Of a stretch of 64,000 nt of DNA, positions 62,400-64,000 are shown piece by piece (positions within the stretch are counted from its first letter, which is position 1; every line of letters begins with the position of its first letter). Where the stretch lies: positions 558,001 through 622,000 of the forward strand of contig JANJGN010000071.1 of the NCBI GenBank assembly GCA_026770705.1. The letters are read 5' to 3'. This DNA comes from Isurus oxyrinchus. Taxonomy: Eukaryota. Below the pieces are notes generated by a model. The model was not told where the DNA came from and did not search any database. It saw only the letters and a program-made list of their open reading frames with translations. A program made the position numbers and the translations under genes.

Positions 62400-64000
62400 C
62401 TTTAAACTAACATGGCAGGGGATGGGATCCAGAGAGGAGGTTCAGCAGAGGGAGATGCACAGCCAAAATTAGAAGAGAGAGCAAGTGAACCTGGAAGGCA
62501 GAGAAATTATTGGCCAGTTAAGGCACAAGATAGCGCGGCAAAGTTGGATTGTATTTATTTTAATGCAAGGAGTCTGACGAATAAAGCAGATGAGTTGAGG
62601 GCACAAATAACACATGGATGTATGATGTCATTGCTGTCACAGAGACATGGTTGAGAGAGGGGCAGGATTGGCAGCTCAATATTACAGGATACAGGGTCTT
62701 CTGGCAAGACAGGGAAGGAGGTAAAAGAGGAGGGGGTATTGCAAGATTGATCAAGGAATCAGTTATTGCAGTGAGGAGGGAAGACATCTTAGGGGGCTCC
62801 TCAAATGAAGCCATATGGGTAGAACCTAAAAACAAATAAGGAGCAATCAGCTTGCTGGGAGTGTTCTACAGGCCCAATGACACTCAGAGAAATAGAAGTG
62901 CAGATACAAAGGCAAAATTCAGAGAAGTATAAAAATAATCGGGTTGTAATGGTGGGGCTTTTCACCTTCCCCAACAATAACTGGGTTAGTCATAGTGTGA
63001 TAGTTTTAGAGGGGGCAGAATTGTTAAAATGCATCCAGGAGAGATTTTTAAGCCAGTACATAGAAAATCCTACAAGAGAGGGGTCGGTCCTGGAGTAAAT
63101 TTTAAGGAATGTAACCAGGCAAGTTGTAGACGTATCAGTGGGGGAGCATTGTGCAGATAGTGATCATCATTCCATTAGATTCTAGGTTGTTATGGAAAAG
63201 AACAAGGATGGGCCAGAAATCTGATTTCTCAATTGGGGGAAGGCTGATTTTAATAAGATCAAATATGATTTGGCCAGTGTGGAACTGGGAGCAGCTACCT
63301 TTAGGGAAATCTGCGTCAGAGCAATGGGACTCATTCAGGAAGGAAGTGGGGAGAGTACAGGGCCAACATATTCCAGTAAAGGCAAAGGGTGGGACCAACA
63401 AATCCAGGGAATCCTGGATGTCGAGAGATTTACAGGATTGGATAAAGAGAAAAAGGGAGGCTTATGGCAGATACCGAGGGCTCAAAACAGTGGAAGCCTT
63501 AGAAGAGTATAGAATGTGTAGGGGGACCTTAAAAAGAAAATTAGTAGAGCAAAAAGGGGCCATGAAGAAACATTAGCAGGAAAAATGAAGGAAAATCCAA
63601 AGTTATTTTACAAGTACATTAAGAGTAAGAGGCTAACTAGGGAAAGAGTAAGGCCCATTAAGGACCATATTGGTAGTTTGTGTGTGGAACCGGAAGATGT
63701 AGGTAGGGTTCTAAATGAACACTTTGTGTCAGTGTTCACAAGTGAGAGGGGCAATGTGGGTTTGGAAATCAGGCAGAAGGACTGTGATATAGTTAAAGAA
63801 ATTAGAATAGAAAGGGAGGAGGTTCTAAGTGGTCTGGCAGTCTCAAACGTAGATATATCTGCAGGCCCGGATGAAATGTATCTCAGGCTGTTGAGTGAGG
63901 CAAAGGAGGAGATAGCAGGGGTGCTGGCAATAATTTTCAATACATCTCTGGCCAGAGGAGAGGTACCAGAGGACTGGAGGACAGCCAATGTGGTAGCGTT
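62400..64000 (+). mobile_element. CR1-clade LINE ORF2 5' part, inactivated, cut by window end
   Basis: YFNARSL, YDVIAVTETWL endonuclease motifs and PEDWRTANV RT-proximal motif with stops and frameshifts. Confidence 0.9.

Overview
Vertebrate genomic DNA; the CR1, L2, Gypsy, SINE and Penelope-like repeat mix suggests a cartilaginous fish (inference, species not determinable). The window holds a recently duplicated cluster of Siglec-like (CD22/MAG/CD33-type) immunoglobulin-superfamily genes, which I reconstructed exon by exon from splice sites. Copy A (minus strand, 427-13030): non-coding exon, leader, TWO tandem V-set exons (the first lacks the sialic-acid-binding Arg), a C2 exon ending in TAA, a half-deleted third Ig exon and a transmembrane exon. 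Copy B (plus, about 39630-42850): leader, V and C2 only. Copy C (plus, about 51150-57078): leader, V, C2 with an internal TAG, half third exon and transmembrane exon. Copy D (plus, from about 60610): 5' exons only, running off the window. Both transmembrane exons, not shown in their coding frame by the ORF track, encode an intramembrane Arg and a 12-aa tail with no Tyr, the signature of an activating receptor. An orphan terminal exon at 17118-17234 encodes DLYANC...SVYGNL*, an ITIM-type tail, so the region looks like a paired activating/inhibitory Siglec-like system undergoing birth-and-death. About 40% of the window is a 33-bp satellite (main array about 18.5 kb with kb-scale higher-order repeats) that produces all the giant ORFs, lies upstream of every gene copy and contains a duplication junction. 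Exon models are inferred from sequence only; no expression evidence is available.
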